NCBI GenBank assembly: GCA_036504975.1
Contig: DASXUF010000017.1
Coordinates: 13,561 to 77,560 of the forward strand
From: Candidatus Binatia bacterium
GTDB taxonomy: Bacteria; Desulfobacterota; Binatia; UBA9968
DNA: 64,000 bases
Direction: 5' to 3'
The translations under genes and the position numbers were made by a program. How positions within the stretch are numbered: position 1 is the first letter of the stretch; each line of letters begins with the position of its first letter. Positions 48,376 to 57,131 of this stretch are shown one piece after another. The notes below the pieces were generated by a model. It searched no databases and had not been told where the DNA came from. It was given only the letters and a program-made list of their open reading frames with translations.

Positions 48376-48798
48376 TCAGTGCACGGTCGAAGGCTCGATC
48401 GGCGCGGGCGGGTGCGCGACCGGCGAGCCATGATGATGGATCAACAGCCAGCCCTCCGGACGCTTTTCAAAGATGTTCGTCGTCAATACGACCGCGGCGA
48501 CCGACTCTTGGCCGACACGGTTGGTGAGGTTTTCGTACAGCGTTACCCATGCCAGAGAATCGCGCACCTCGACCCGCGCTTCGGTCAGCACAAAGCGGAT
48601 CTCGTCCGTATTCTCGAAAATTCTGCGCCAGCTCGTCATGACCGGCTCCCATCCCCGCAACATTTCCCAGCCGGGGTGAAAACATTGGATGGTGTCCGCC
48701 TTGAGCCAGACGCGCTCCATCCGCGCGATATCGAAGCTCTCGAAAGCCCGGTAAAAGTTTTCGTTCGCCGTATAAACGGCTCTTTGTTCGCTGGTCAT
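48376..48798 (-). CDS. SnoaL-like / NTF2-fold (DUF4440-type) protein
   Basis: 140 aa with composition and length typical of the ketosteroid-isomerase-like NTF2 fold. No catalytic assignment possible. Confidence 0.45.
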   Translation of the reverse strand: MTSEQRAVYTANENFYRAFESFDIARMERVWLKADTIQCFHPGWEMLRGWEPVMTSWRRIFENTDEIRFVLTEARVEVRDSLAWVTLYENLTNRVGQESVAAVVLTTNIFEKRPEGWLLIHHHGSPVAHPPAPIEPSTVH

Positions 48799-48810
48799 GA
48801 TTGCTGAGCC

Positions 48811-49137
48811 TCAGTGCAACGGCCTGGGCGCCATGAAGACGAGAAGGACGAGGCGATCCGGTCCGGGGTTCGTGACACCGTGCTTCTGTCCGGACGGGGC
48901 CATCACAATCTCTCCGTCGCCCAGCTCTCTTTCCTCGGTTCCAACCTGAAAGGCCCCTTTGCCCTTCACGACATAATAAATTTTGTCCGAGCCTTCGTGC
49001 GCGTGCGCCGCCTGGCTTTGGCCCGGCTCGAAGCAATAGAGATCGCAGAACAGCCGCTCGGTCTCGAAAAGACCGTTCTTCTTCATCTTGTCCGCCGCGA
49101 ACTGCATCGCCGCGGAAATTTTTTTAAAGTTGGCCAT
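48811..49137 (-). CDS. single-domain cupin protein
   Basis: Start placed at MANFKK with a GAAGGAGA RBS 5 nt upstream. Cupin motifs (GQSQAAHAHEGSDKIYYVVKG ... GEIVMAPSGQKHGVTN). Confidence 0.55.
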   Translation of the reverse strand: MANFKKISAAMQFAADKMKKNGLFETERLFCDLYCFEPGQSQAAHAHEGSDKIYYVVKGKGAFQVGTEERELGDGEIVMAPSGQKHGVTNPGPDRLVLLVFMAPRPLH

Positions 49138-49416
49138 CGCCGTCTCCTTCGAACTCATTGCTTTCATACAGCGCGCCAACCCTGCAAATCAAGAGGAAAT
49201 TGTTAGATTGCTTCATTGAGGAACCCGCCGGCCTGGGTGTGTCTCGTAGGGCCGATGCGTCGCCCGAGAAATATCCAAGCGTACTTTAGAATTCCACCCT
49301 AGAAAACTCGTGCCGCGTAACACCGCCGTATCGCATCGGCCCGGAGAGATACTCCCAGGCCAGCGGTTAGCGGTAAGTCGATGGGTCTTTTTCAACGGCT
49401 GTGTTATCTTGACCGC

Positions 49417-50580
49417 ATGAATTCCGTTCTGGTCCGCTATCACGAAATCGCCTTGAAGAAAGGCAACCGTCCTTACTTTATCGACCTGCTGAAGAGAAAC
49501 CTGGTTTCGGCGGTCGGCGGTCTGCCGCTCACCGAGGCGAAGACGCTGCAAGGGCGAATTCTTCTTTCCTTCGGCGCAGAAGCGCCTCGGGAAGAAATCG
49601 GCCGGCGACTCGAGCGCGTCTTCGGCGTCGCCAATTTCTCCTTTGTCGAGCGCATGCCTGCGGACATCGACGAGATCGAAAAACGGATCGTTCAAGCGCT
49701 GGACGGCAAACAGTTCGCTTCTTTCCGCATCGACGCGCGCAGAGCGGACAAAGATTTTCCGCTCACGTCTCCCGACATCAATCGCAAGCTCGGAGCCGCC
49801 GTCAAGGCGAAGAGCGGCGCCCGCGTAGACCTGGAAAACGCCGAGCTCACCGTATCGGTCGAAATCCTGCCGCGCACGGCGTTCTTCGGCTTCGATAAAA
49901 TTGCTGGCGCCGGCGGCCTGCCCGTCGGCGCCAGCGGCCGGGTCGTTTCGCTTATCTCCGGCGGCTTCGATTCTCCCGTGGCGGCTTACCGAATGATGCA
50001 GCGGGGCTGCCGGCTCATCTTCGTTCATTTTCACAGTGCGCCTTATTTGGACAAGACTTCACAGGAAAAATGCCGCGCGCTGGTGAAGCTCCTTACGCGA
50101 CACCAGTTCACCTCTCGCCTTTACCTGGTCGCGTTCGGCGAGATTCAGCGCCAGATCGTCGCCGGAGTTTTACGGCCTTTGCGCGTCGTGCTCTATCGCA
50201 GGATGATGCTGAGGATCGCTGAAGCGATCGCGAAGAAGGAAAAAGCGCAAGCCCTGGTGACCGGTGAGAGCCTGGCGCAGGTTGCGTCGCAAACGTTGGA
50301 AAACCTCGCCGTCATCGGCAAGGCCGCGACTCTTCCCTTGCTTCGTCCGCTGGTCGGCATGGACAAGCAGGAGATCATCGATCAAGCGCGCAGGATCGGC
50401 ACGTTCGAGACATCGGCGACGCCGGACCAGGACTGCTGCCAGCTTTTCGTGCCCAAGCATCCGGCGACCAAGGCAAAACTCGCCGACGTCGAAGTAGCGG
50501 AAGCGAAGATCGATTTTCTGGCGCTGGTTCAACTCGGAGTGGAAGGCGCACAGGTTGAAGAATTCAAATTTCCAGAGTGA
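49417..50580 (+). CDS. thiI: tRNA 4-thiouridine(8) synthase ThiI (THUMP + PP-loop ATPase)
   Basis: PP-loop (SGGFDSPVAAY) and ThiI-like N-terminus (VLVRYHEIALKKGNRPYF). An alternative upstream ATG lies at 49381. Confidence 0.75.
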   Translation: MNSVLVRYHEIALKKGNRPYFIDLLKRNLVSAVGGLPLTEAKTLQGRILLSFGAEAPREEIGRRLERVFGVANFSFVERMPADIDEIEKRIVQALDGKQFASFRIDARRADKDFPLTSPDINRKLGAAVKAKSGARVDLENAELTVSVEILPRTAFFGFDKIAGAGGLPVGASGRVVSLISGGFDSPVAAYRMMQRGCRLIFVHFHSAPYLDKTSQEKCRALVKLLTRHQFTSRLYLVAFGEIQRQIVAGVLRPLRVVLYRRMMLRIAEAIAKKEKAQALVTGESLAQVASQTLENLAVIGKAATLPLLRPLVGMDKQEIIDQARRIGTFETSATPDQDCCQLFVPKHPATKAKLADVEVAEAKIDFLALVQLGVEGAQVEEFKFPE

Positions 50581-50688
50581 CTTTGCGGCCTTGGCGTCTT
50601 GGCGCGATGAAGAATTCGGATCGGATAAAAACGATCTCGCGCAAAGACGCAAAGAGCGCCAAGGAAAACGGTGAACAACCGGTAGAAA

Positions 50689-51822
50689 ATGAAAGTCGGA
50701 ATTATCGGCGGCGGACCCGCAGGTCTCTACTTCGCACTGCTGATGAAGAAACACGACCCGCAGCACGAGATCGAGATCGTAGAGCAGAACCCGCCCGACA
50801 GCACTTACGGCTGGGGCGTCGTTTTTTCGGGCCGCGCCTTGTCATTCCTGGAAGAGAGCGACCGCGATTCCTACGCCGATATCGCCCGCAGGCTTGAACT
50901 TTGGGACCAACAAGGGATTGTCCACAAAAGTCAAAGGGTCGCGATTCGCGGCGGCACATTTTCCGGGCTCGCTCGAATCGACCTCTTGCGCATTTTACAA
51001 GAACACTGTCGGAAAGCCGGCGTAATATTCCACTTTCAAACCCGGGTCTCCGATCCGGAGCTTTTTTCCGACTGTGACCTCGTCGTCGGCGCGGACGGCG
51101 TCAACAGCATCGTGCGGCAGAAATATCGGGAACACTTTCAACCGACGCTGGACGTGCGGTCGAACAAATATGTCTGGTACGGAACGAATCAGCGGTTCGA
51201 CTCCCTGACCTTGATCTTTCGCCAAAACCAAGACGGTGTCTTCGTCGCCCATTCTTACAGCCACAGCAAAAGCGCCAGCACTTTCATCGTCGAGTGCGAT
51301 GCGCCCACCTGGGTTAAAGCAGGCTTTGAATCGATGACCGACGAAGAAAGCCGCAGTTACTGCGAGGAGGTCTTCAAAGACGATCTGGGCGGCCACACGC
51401 TGCTGTCGAACAAGTCCGTGTGGATTAATTTCGTCGTGGTGGGTAACCGGCGCTGGAGCTATAAAAACATCGTGCTGATCGGCGACGCGCTCCGCACGGT
51501 GCACTTTTCCATCGGCTCAGGCACGAGAACGGCGTTCGAAGACGCGATCGCGCTGTACCGGACCTGTGCGGCGAACGAAAACGTTGAAGCGGCGCTGGGT
51601 GAATTTGAGCGAAGCAGAAAGCCGACCGCCGATCGGCTGCTCGAGGTCGCGCATCATAGCCTGGTTTGGTACGAGCGCTTTGGGGACAAGATGGATCTCG
51701 ATCCCATCCCCTTTGCCTACGATTACATGACGAGAGGCGGAAGAATCGATCACGAAAAGCTGCGCGAGCGAGATCCCGAATTCATCGCCGCGTACGAAGC
51801 CTACAAGGCATCGCAGTCGTGA
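50689..51822 (+). CDS. FAD-dependent aromatic-ring monooxygenase (salicylate-hydroxylase / UbiH-like)
   Basis: 377 aa. GxGxxG (KVGIIGGGPAGL), DG motif (VVGADGVNS) and GD motif (VLIGDALRTVHFSIGSGT). Confidence 0.8.
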   Translation: MKVGIIGGGPAGLYFALLMKKHDPQHEIEIVEQNPPDSTYGWGVVFSGRALSFLEESDRDSYADIARRLELWDQQGIVHKSQRVAIRGGTFSGLARIDLLRILQEHCRKAGVIFHFQTRVSDPELFSDCDLVVGADGVNSIVRQKYREHFQPTLDVRSNKYVWYGTNQRFDSLTLIFRQNQDGVFVAHSYSHSKSASTFIVECDAPTWVKAGFESMTDEESRSYCEEVFKDDLGGHTLLSNKSVWINFVVVGNRRWSYKNIVLIGDALRTVHFSIGSGTRTAFEDAIALYRTCAANENVEAALGEFERSRKPTADRLLEVAHHSLVWYERFGDKMDLDPIPFAYDYMTRGGRIDHEKLRERDPEFIAAYEAYKASQS

Positions 51823-51867
51823 ATGCCGGCAAATGTTTCGCCACTCAAAGCGAAATGCGTGGGAGCC

Positions 51868-53886
51868 CTACTTTTTTTGGGACGCAGTACTCTCTTTTGG
51901 AACCGTCCGAAGTACCACACCTCGATCTCGTGCCCAACACTCCCTATCTGTCTCAGGGCACGCTGGACCTTCCTCACTGGTGATTGTAATGCGGTTGCTC
52001 TCAATACCTCCACGTGTTTGCAAGTAGTTGACAATACTTTCTGCCCTTTTAGACGGTAAATCCAAACTTTCCCCGGAAAGCGGATTTTGTCTCTTATACC
52101 AAACAACAAGTAAGCTATAATTTGGGTTTTGTTTAAAGAACATTGCGAGACGATCCAGAAGTTTTGCGGCATCCGGTTTCAAAGCAGTCTTGTCAAAATC
52201 AAACAACACAATGTTGTCAAGAATTACGGTACGTTCAATCTTAGGAGAGGGAGCGGCTTTTTTCGCCTGCTGCTCCACCTCTTCCAACCTCTTTGCCGCT
52301 TCTTCCGTTCTCCGCTGCACCTCGGCGACCTGTTTCTCAAATTGAGCAGCCCGCTGAACTTCGGGCTGTTGACCACCACCGGCAGCGGCTTTCCTTTGCA
52401 AGGCATTCAATTTTGCCAAGGTCATTGCAAGCTCTTCTTGAGCCACAACGAGATCTTTCGCCCGCATTGCGATACCCTGCTCTAACTTCGCTTGTTCAAC
52501 TGCCCTTAGTGCGGTTTGCCGCTGCAGATCAGCCTCCCTCTTTTGGAACAAGGATACACTAGTACCCAGAATAAGCATTATCGCAAAAATCGTCTTAAAA
52601 ACGGTTGGCACACGAAACCGCCGGCTCCTCCTTACTGCGCCCGCTACGCTGTCGTGACTAAGCTCATAATAAAATCCCTTCAGACCAGGGCGGGCCTCTT
52701 TTCGTATCAGCTTGGCATCGACAAGTGTTTTCAGCGCATTCTCCGAGATCCCGTATTGTTTACGAATCTGACCGTACTCCATGCTTATTCTGTGGCCGTC
52801 TGGACTCAGAAGTCCTAGTTCGCATAGACGTCGCGAGCGGCAACGCTGCCGAAAAGATGAGATCTCTCGCACAGCTTGACGGTAGAAATTTTCGAGGAGT
52901 TTTTCCATGTTCTTGGCGCCACCGAGCAATTGGTCATCAACCAGGATGTCTTTTGACCCTTCTTGCTGGCGGCGAAGAACCTGTTGCTCCGCGTGCTGGC
53001 AGATAATTTGAAGCTGAAACGGTTCCACTTCACCTTGTCGACTGGCCAGAAAAGCCATTATGCTGTCGAGCGTAGCTTTCTTATAACGAAAAGGCCGCGT
53101 CGCGAACACTTCAGGTAAGTCCAGAAGCGCCGGCTCAACCACGGCTCGTCGAGCCGCTTGCGTATCCAACGGTGTGAGACGAAATCGCTGCTCGAAGATT
53201 CCGGGAATATTCTGGACAAGTTGCTCCAGCGCTCCCACGTACTCTTCGCGGAAACTCAAGATAATCTTAATTTCTGGTGGCGAGTCCGCATAACGCCCGC
53301 GATCTGGCGAGGGCGGCTCCTTACGAATCCTTTCCGGTAAGCCTCGGCCGACAAGCTCCCCCAGTTGACGTGCGAGGGCGACGCGAACAGATTCCGACTG
53401 CAGATTGAATACCTCCTCGAATTGATCGAAGACCAGGACCGGTACCTGAAGCGTATCACCGCGCCATAAGTCCGTGGCCTTGAAAAATTCCCACAAACCT
53501 TCAGTTTTACGGTCGGTATAGTCAACCGCCTGTTCCTGACAGGTAGTTCGCAGCAACGCAAAAACAGCTTCAATGGGACCGATATCGGGTCGATCAAGCC
53601 GTATGCTTACGGGCAGTAGTCCGTACTCGCGGAGTCGTGGGAAAAGGCCTGCTCTTAGAAGAGATGTTTTTCCCAGACCCGATTTGCCGAAAATGACGAG
53701 CATGCGAGTCGCTCGAACCCGATGCACTAAATCGTAGATTTCCTGCTCGCGGCCAAAAAACAATCGTTGATCGAGTTCGTTGTCTTCGAAGTACCGTGGA
53801 CCGGGATATCGCTCGTGTGAGCCGGGCGTCAGAGACAAGACTGTTTCTTCTTCACGCTTCGCTATGGCGACCGCAGCTTTACTCAC
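51868..53886 (-). CDS. STAND-type P-loop NTPase with central TM helix, periplasmic coiled coil and C-terminal OmpA-like peptidoglycan-binding domain (island gene 4)
   Basis: 672 aa, GTG start 2 nt after the upstream stop. The N-terminal NTPase has Walker A (GKSGLGKTS) and Walker B (VLVFDQFEE) in an nSTAND/AAA_16-like context, preceded by the FGREQEI motif. A hydrophobic segment (VFKTIFAIMLILGTSVSLF) follows, then a Gln/Ala/Glu-rich coiled coil. The C-terminal ~100 aa (LFDFDKTALKPDAAKLLDRLAMFFKQNPNYSLLVV...SKRAESIVNYLQTRG) are OmpA_C-like. Low-GC segment. Confidence 0.55.
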   Translation of the reverse strand: MSKAAVAIAKREEETVLSLTPGSHERYPGPRYFEDNELDQRLFFGREQEIYDLVHRVRATRMLVIFGKSGLGKTSLLRAGLFPRLREYGLLPVSIRLDRPDIGPIEAVFALLRTTCQEQAVDYTDRKTEGLWEFFKATDLWRGDTLQVPVLVFDQFEEVFNLQSESVRVALARQLGELVGRGLPERIRKEPPSPDRGRYADSPPEIKIILSFREEYVGALEQLVQNIPGIFEQRFRLTPLDTQAARRAVVEPALLDLPEVFATRPFRYKKATLDSIMAFLASRQGEVEPFQLQIICQHAEQQVLRRQQEGSKDILVDDQLLGGAKNMEKLLENFYRQAVREISSFRQRCRSRRLCELGLLSPDGHRISMEYGQIRKQYGISENALKTLVDAKLIRKEARPGLKGFYYELSHDSVAGAVRRSRRFRVPTVFKTIFAIMLILGTSVSLFQKREADLQRQTALRAVEQAKLEQGIAMRAKDLVVAQEELAMTLAKLNALQRKAAAGGGQQPEVQRAAQFEKQVAEVQRRTEEAAKRLEEVEQQAKKAAPSPKIERTVILDNIVLFDFDKTALKPDAAKLLDRLAMFFKQNPNYSLLVVWYKRQNPLSGESLDLPSKRAESIVNYLQTRGGIESNRITITSEEGPACPETDRECWARDRGVVLRTVPKESTASQKK

Positions 53887-53888
53887 GA

Positions 53889-55211
53889 TCAGTCCCCTCT
53901 AATACGGTTCTGCCGCTTAACCCAGTTCGCCTGGATGTGACTCGCCAGGCGTTCCAGGCCATGTGGATCAGTCAGTTCAACACGCTGTAACTTATCCAGG
54001 CGTTCGAGTCCTAGGGACCCTTCCAAAATTGCAGGAATCAGAAAAGACTCGCCCTCATCGAATTCCTTTTGCCGCTCCAGTGCTTCCGCGATCTCTTTAT
54101 GGATATAACTCCGCGGTTTCGAAAGCATGTTCGGTGTTTGAAGTACAAGTACGTAGTCCACTTGCTTCCCCAGGACATGTACGATGCGTCTATTCCAATC
54201 ATCGCCACCGCGGAGATCCTGCTGGTCGCGCCATGTATCGACCCCGAGGCTATGTAATTTTTGCTCCACTTCCATCACCCGCTCTTGATCACGCCTATCG
54301 TAGCAAAGGAATACTTTGGGAGAGTTGGGCGGTATTTCCCGTACTACTGCCTGTGGAGCTTGTGCTTCGTAGAGCCGACGCAGCTCAGACGCAAAGTCGG
54401 ACCACGAATAATGCCGGAACTCGATCTTGTGCTCCTGGGTGAAAAACACTGCGCTTTGAGCGCTATCCGGGTGGTCGAAGAATGCAGCACCTTCTACCGC
54501 CAACGATCGATTACGATGGCGATACGTTTGCAAGACGTGAAGCAGCACACGCGCGTACCAGCGCTGAAAACCAAAACCAAGAAACAGAAACGACGTGCCA
54601 GGGTCGGCGAGCTGACCCGCGATATACGGCGGCAGAGGATGGGTACCTTTGATTATATTTACCAGGAATTCCAGCAAGTCGGTCTCTGTTAATACCAACG
54701 AATCTAGTTCCTTAAGATCGCCGTGGAGTTGATAGACGATTGGATGCTGAATAGTACCTTTGGAGAGACTCGTCGGCCGATGTTTCTGGTAATGGTAAAA
54801 GTCGTAAGTCGAAGATTTGTGGGCATCTTTCAAAGCGTTTACCATGAAGGGGACATAACTCATGCTCAAACAAAGTGTAAAAGGCAACGCAGCGAGATCT
54901 TCATGAAACCGCGAGGTACGCTTCGCAAACGGCGCATAGAAGTCCTTTACTTCCAGTTCCAGATCGTAGTGATCACCTCCGGGACTGTTGCAACGGAGCT
55001 GAGCCACCTGGGCTAAGTCCTTCCGAATGATATCTGGCGTATCTGCCGGCAGTTTTCGAGCCAGGTGTTGGGCGAGTTTGGTTGTGAGCGGGGTGTGATC
55101 AGGGTCGTCGGGATCAAAAACCATATCAGGTCCGCATACGAGGACACAGTTGCCCCGATTGATCGATTCAATTAAGCGGCGCCAGTCTTGTTCTGAAAGG
55201 CTATCTTTCAT
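53889..55211 (-). CDS. SIR2-like (SIR2_2/DHS-like) N-domain fused to a C-terminal TIR domain (island gene 3)
   Basis: 440 aa. The N-terminal ~250 aa match SIR2_2-type blocks (NCVLVCGPDMV ... HPIVYQLHGDLKELDSLVLTETDLLEFL ... SFLFLGFGFQ). The C-terminal ~140 aa form a TIR domain (KVFLCYDRRDQERVMEVEQKLHSLGVDTWRDQQDLRGGDDWNRRIVHVLGKQVDYVLVLQTPNMLSKPRSYIHKEIAEALER) with the conserved Glu context. Confidence 0.55.
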   Translation of the reverse strand: MKDSLSEQDWRRLIESINRGNCVLVCGPDMVFDPDDPDHTPLTTKLAQHLARKLPADTPDIIRKDLAQVAQLRCNSPGGDHYDLELEVKDFYAPFAKRTSRFHEDLAALPFTLCLSMSYVPFMVNALKDAHKSSTYDFYHYQKHRPTSLSKGTIQHPIVYQLHGDLKELDSLVLTETDLLEFLVNIIKGTHPLPPYIAGQLADPGTSFLFLGFGFQRWYARVLLHVLQTYRHRNRSLAVEGAAFFDHPDSAQSAVFFTQEHKIEFRHYSWSDFASELRRLYEAQAPQAVVREIPPNSPKVFLCYDRRDQERVMEVEQKLHSLGVDTWRDQQDLRGGDDWNRRIVHVLGKQVDYVLVLQTPNMLSKPRSYIHKEIAEALERQKEFDEGESFLIPAILEGSLGLERLDKLQRVELTDPHGLERLASHIQANWVKRQNRIRGD

Positions 55212-55271
55212 GTCAGAGTCTTTTTCTAGTCGGGTCGCAATTCCGTTTCAGGACAACTGCACCTAGAACAA

Positions 55272-56144
55272 CTAACTCAACGTTAGCTCGGCCTTTCCAA
55301 TTCCGCCGGCCGGAATTGTGACGGATATTTCAGATGCTTTGGGAGTACCGTTAATGATTCCTTCCGCCTTTACGACATGCACTCCAGGCGACAACTCTCG
55401 AAGAGCTGCGCTCTTACCGGTATAGTTGGCCGGACTTCCTCCGTCGATCGAGAGTTTCCAAACCGCCGCGCTCTGATCGCCATTCGTTACAGTTACGTTT
55501 AAACCTCCCAACTCGCTCACAGCCGCCTTTGCCCTCGCGGCCTCTTCTACTTGCTTCAAACTTTCCTGAAATTCGCGAATCCAAGTATTCGTCTCCTCTT
55601 GGACGACCGTTGTGACCTGATTAATAAAAGTCTTCGCCCGGCCCAGCATCGTTTGGACCTGGTCATCCGTCGGGTCTGATCCCTTCCAACCCGCTTTCAA
55701 GGTTTGCCATTCCAATTCGAACTCCCGTAGAAGCTGACGAATCCGCAGCTCCGCCGAAATGTAACGCATCCACCCGCTGGAAAAACCAAAGAAGCGGTCG
55801 ACTACGATCATCGCGGCGGCAATACCCAAAGACACGGAAGCCCATGCCGGCTGTATCAACGGCTTGCCGTCCTCAACAAAAATCTGAACTACCATCGGAA
55901 TAATTCCGGCCAGTGCTGTTAGAACGATTGCTCCCATTCGCGCCCGCATTGCCCATTGCTGTTTAGGTCGTTTTGCTTTCAAGTACCAATCTATAGCGCT
56001 TTTAGCCTCGGCCGTTAGGTGATCAAATAAAAGCTCAAGAGAATTCTGGCGCTTGCTAGGCTCCCATTCTAATTTAGGAAGTGGAGAATGTTGAATGTCC
56101 GTCCGCTTAGGCATTCCTGACTGTTTCCGCCTTATGGCAATCAA
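55272..56144 (-). CDS. SLATT-like 2-TM protein with C-terminal beta-rich (Ig/PEGA-like) domain (island gene 2)
   Basis: 290 aa. An amphipathic N-helix (AIDWYLKAKRPKQQW) is followed by two closely spaced TM helices (MGAIVLTALAGIIPMVV / VSLGIAAAMIVVDRFF). A helical segment follows (WMRYISAELRIRQLLREFELEW), as in SLATT pore-forming effector domains. The C-terminal ~90 aa are beta-rich. Confidence 0.4.
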   Translation of the reverse strand: MIAIRRKQSGMPKRTDIQHSPLPKLEWEPSKRQNSLELLFDHLTAEAKSAIDWYLKAKRPKQQWAMRARMGAIVLTALAGIIPMVVQIFVEDGKPLIQPAWASVSLGIAAAMIVVDRFFGFSSGWMRYISAELRIRQLLREFELEWQTLKAGWKGSDPTDDQVQTMLGRAKTFINQVTTVVQEETNTWIREFQESLKQVEEAARAKAAVSELGGLNVTVTNGDQSAAVWKLSIDGGSPANYTGKSAALRELSPGVHVVKAEGIINGTPKASEISVTIPAGGIGKAELTLS

Positions 56145-56324
56145 TCCTCAGCCTAGCTGGTTGGTTAGTAAAATAGGGCGAATTGTGGATTGGTGTCAAG
56201 ACGAAACAGGGATGATCCCGAATCAAATAATTTTTGCGTCGCTTTTGCTCCGTCTTTGAAGGACGACTCACTTTTCAAAACGGTAGCTTTGGAGGGCAGG
56301 TCAGTCAAAATAAGACGCTGCAAT

Positions 56325-57131
56325 CTACGCTTTTTGGAATCTGAGTTGCCCATCTCTAACCTCTGCCGAAAATTCTACAATTTGAAACGTAATATTCTCG
56401 CCGGTTACTTGGATTCCTAAATTATATAAACCATCCGGAAATTTATTAGGTCGCGATCTGTCGGCGTAAAAAATGACAAATTCTTTCTCATCTCCAGCCG
56501 CCTCAACCTTTCCAACGACGGTAATAAAGTTGCTCCCACCTGGATTTAAATCGAACGCTGTCCTGTAGGGAATGTCGTCATCTGATGGCCTGTCATGCAT
56601 CTGCCTGAGCGGAATAGGTAAGAATGGAACTCTATATTCTCTGACGTAAGCTAGCTCCACTTTGATGTTTTTTAGCACCACATCACTTAGATTTTTTATT
56701 TCAATTCGATGCATCCGTAGAAAAGCACCAGCCCAAACCTCATCTACTTGTTCATACGATCCTCCGACATCATGTAGAATTGCGACTTTAGCTGTTAACC
56801 GGTCCTCGAAATATTCGATGGTTTGGCGTTGCGAGATATCAATTAATACGGGAGTCGCAATGGTACGCACTAGAAAAAATCCCGCAGCAACTATCATGAA
56901 TGCCCCAAAAATCGATAGGGCAGGAATCACGACATCATCTGTTAGCTTAGGGATTTCCCATTCAAAGATATTTACCAAAAAATACCAGCCTATTACCGTG
57001 ACTAATGCCGTCTTGAGAACTGAGGCAAAGGATCCAAATATCCCTGTAACCGTATCCTTAAAAGCTTTCGCAAGAATCGTTCTCCAATATTGACCAAAGT
57101 GCTTGGCGAACTTCCAAGACAAAACCAGCAT
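56325..57131 (-). CDS. hypothetical integral membrane protein (island gene 1)
   Basis: Start placed at internal ATG (MLVLSWKF) with a GAAGGGGGG RBS. Three or four N-terminal TM helices then a ~170-aa soluble domain with no recognisable motifs. Lowest-GC gene of the island. Confidence 0.4.
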   Translation of the reverse strand: MLVLSWKFAKHFGQYWRTILAKAFKDTVTGIFGSFASVLKTALVTVIGWYFLVNIFEWEIPKLTDDVVIPALSIFGAFMIVAAGFFLVRTIATPVLIDISQRQTIEYFEDRLTAKVAILHDVGGSYEQVDEVWAGAFLRMHRIEIKNLSDVVLKNIKVELAYVREYRVPFLPIPLRQMHDRPSDDDIPYRTAFDLNPGGSNFITVVGKVEAAGDEKEFVIFYADRSRPNKFPDGLYNLGIQVTGENITFQIVEFSAEVRDGQLRFQKA

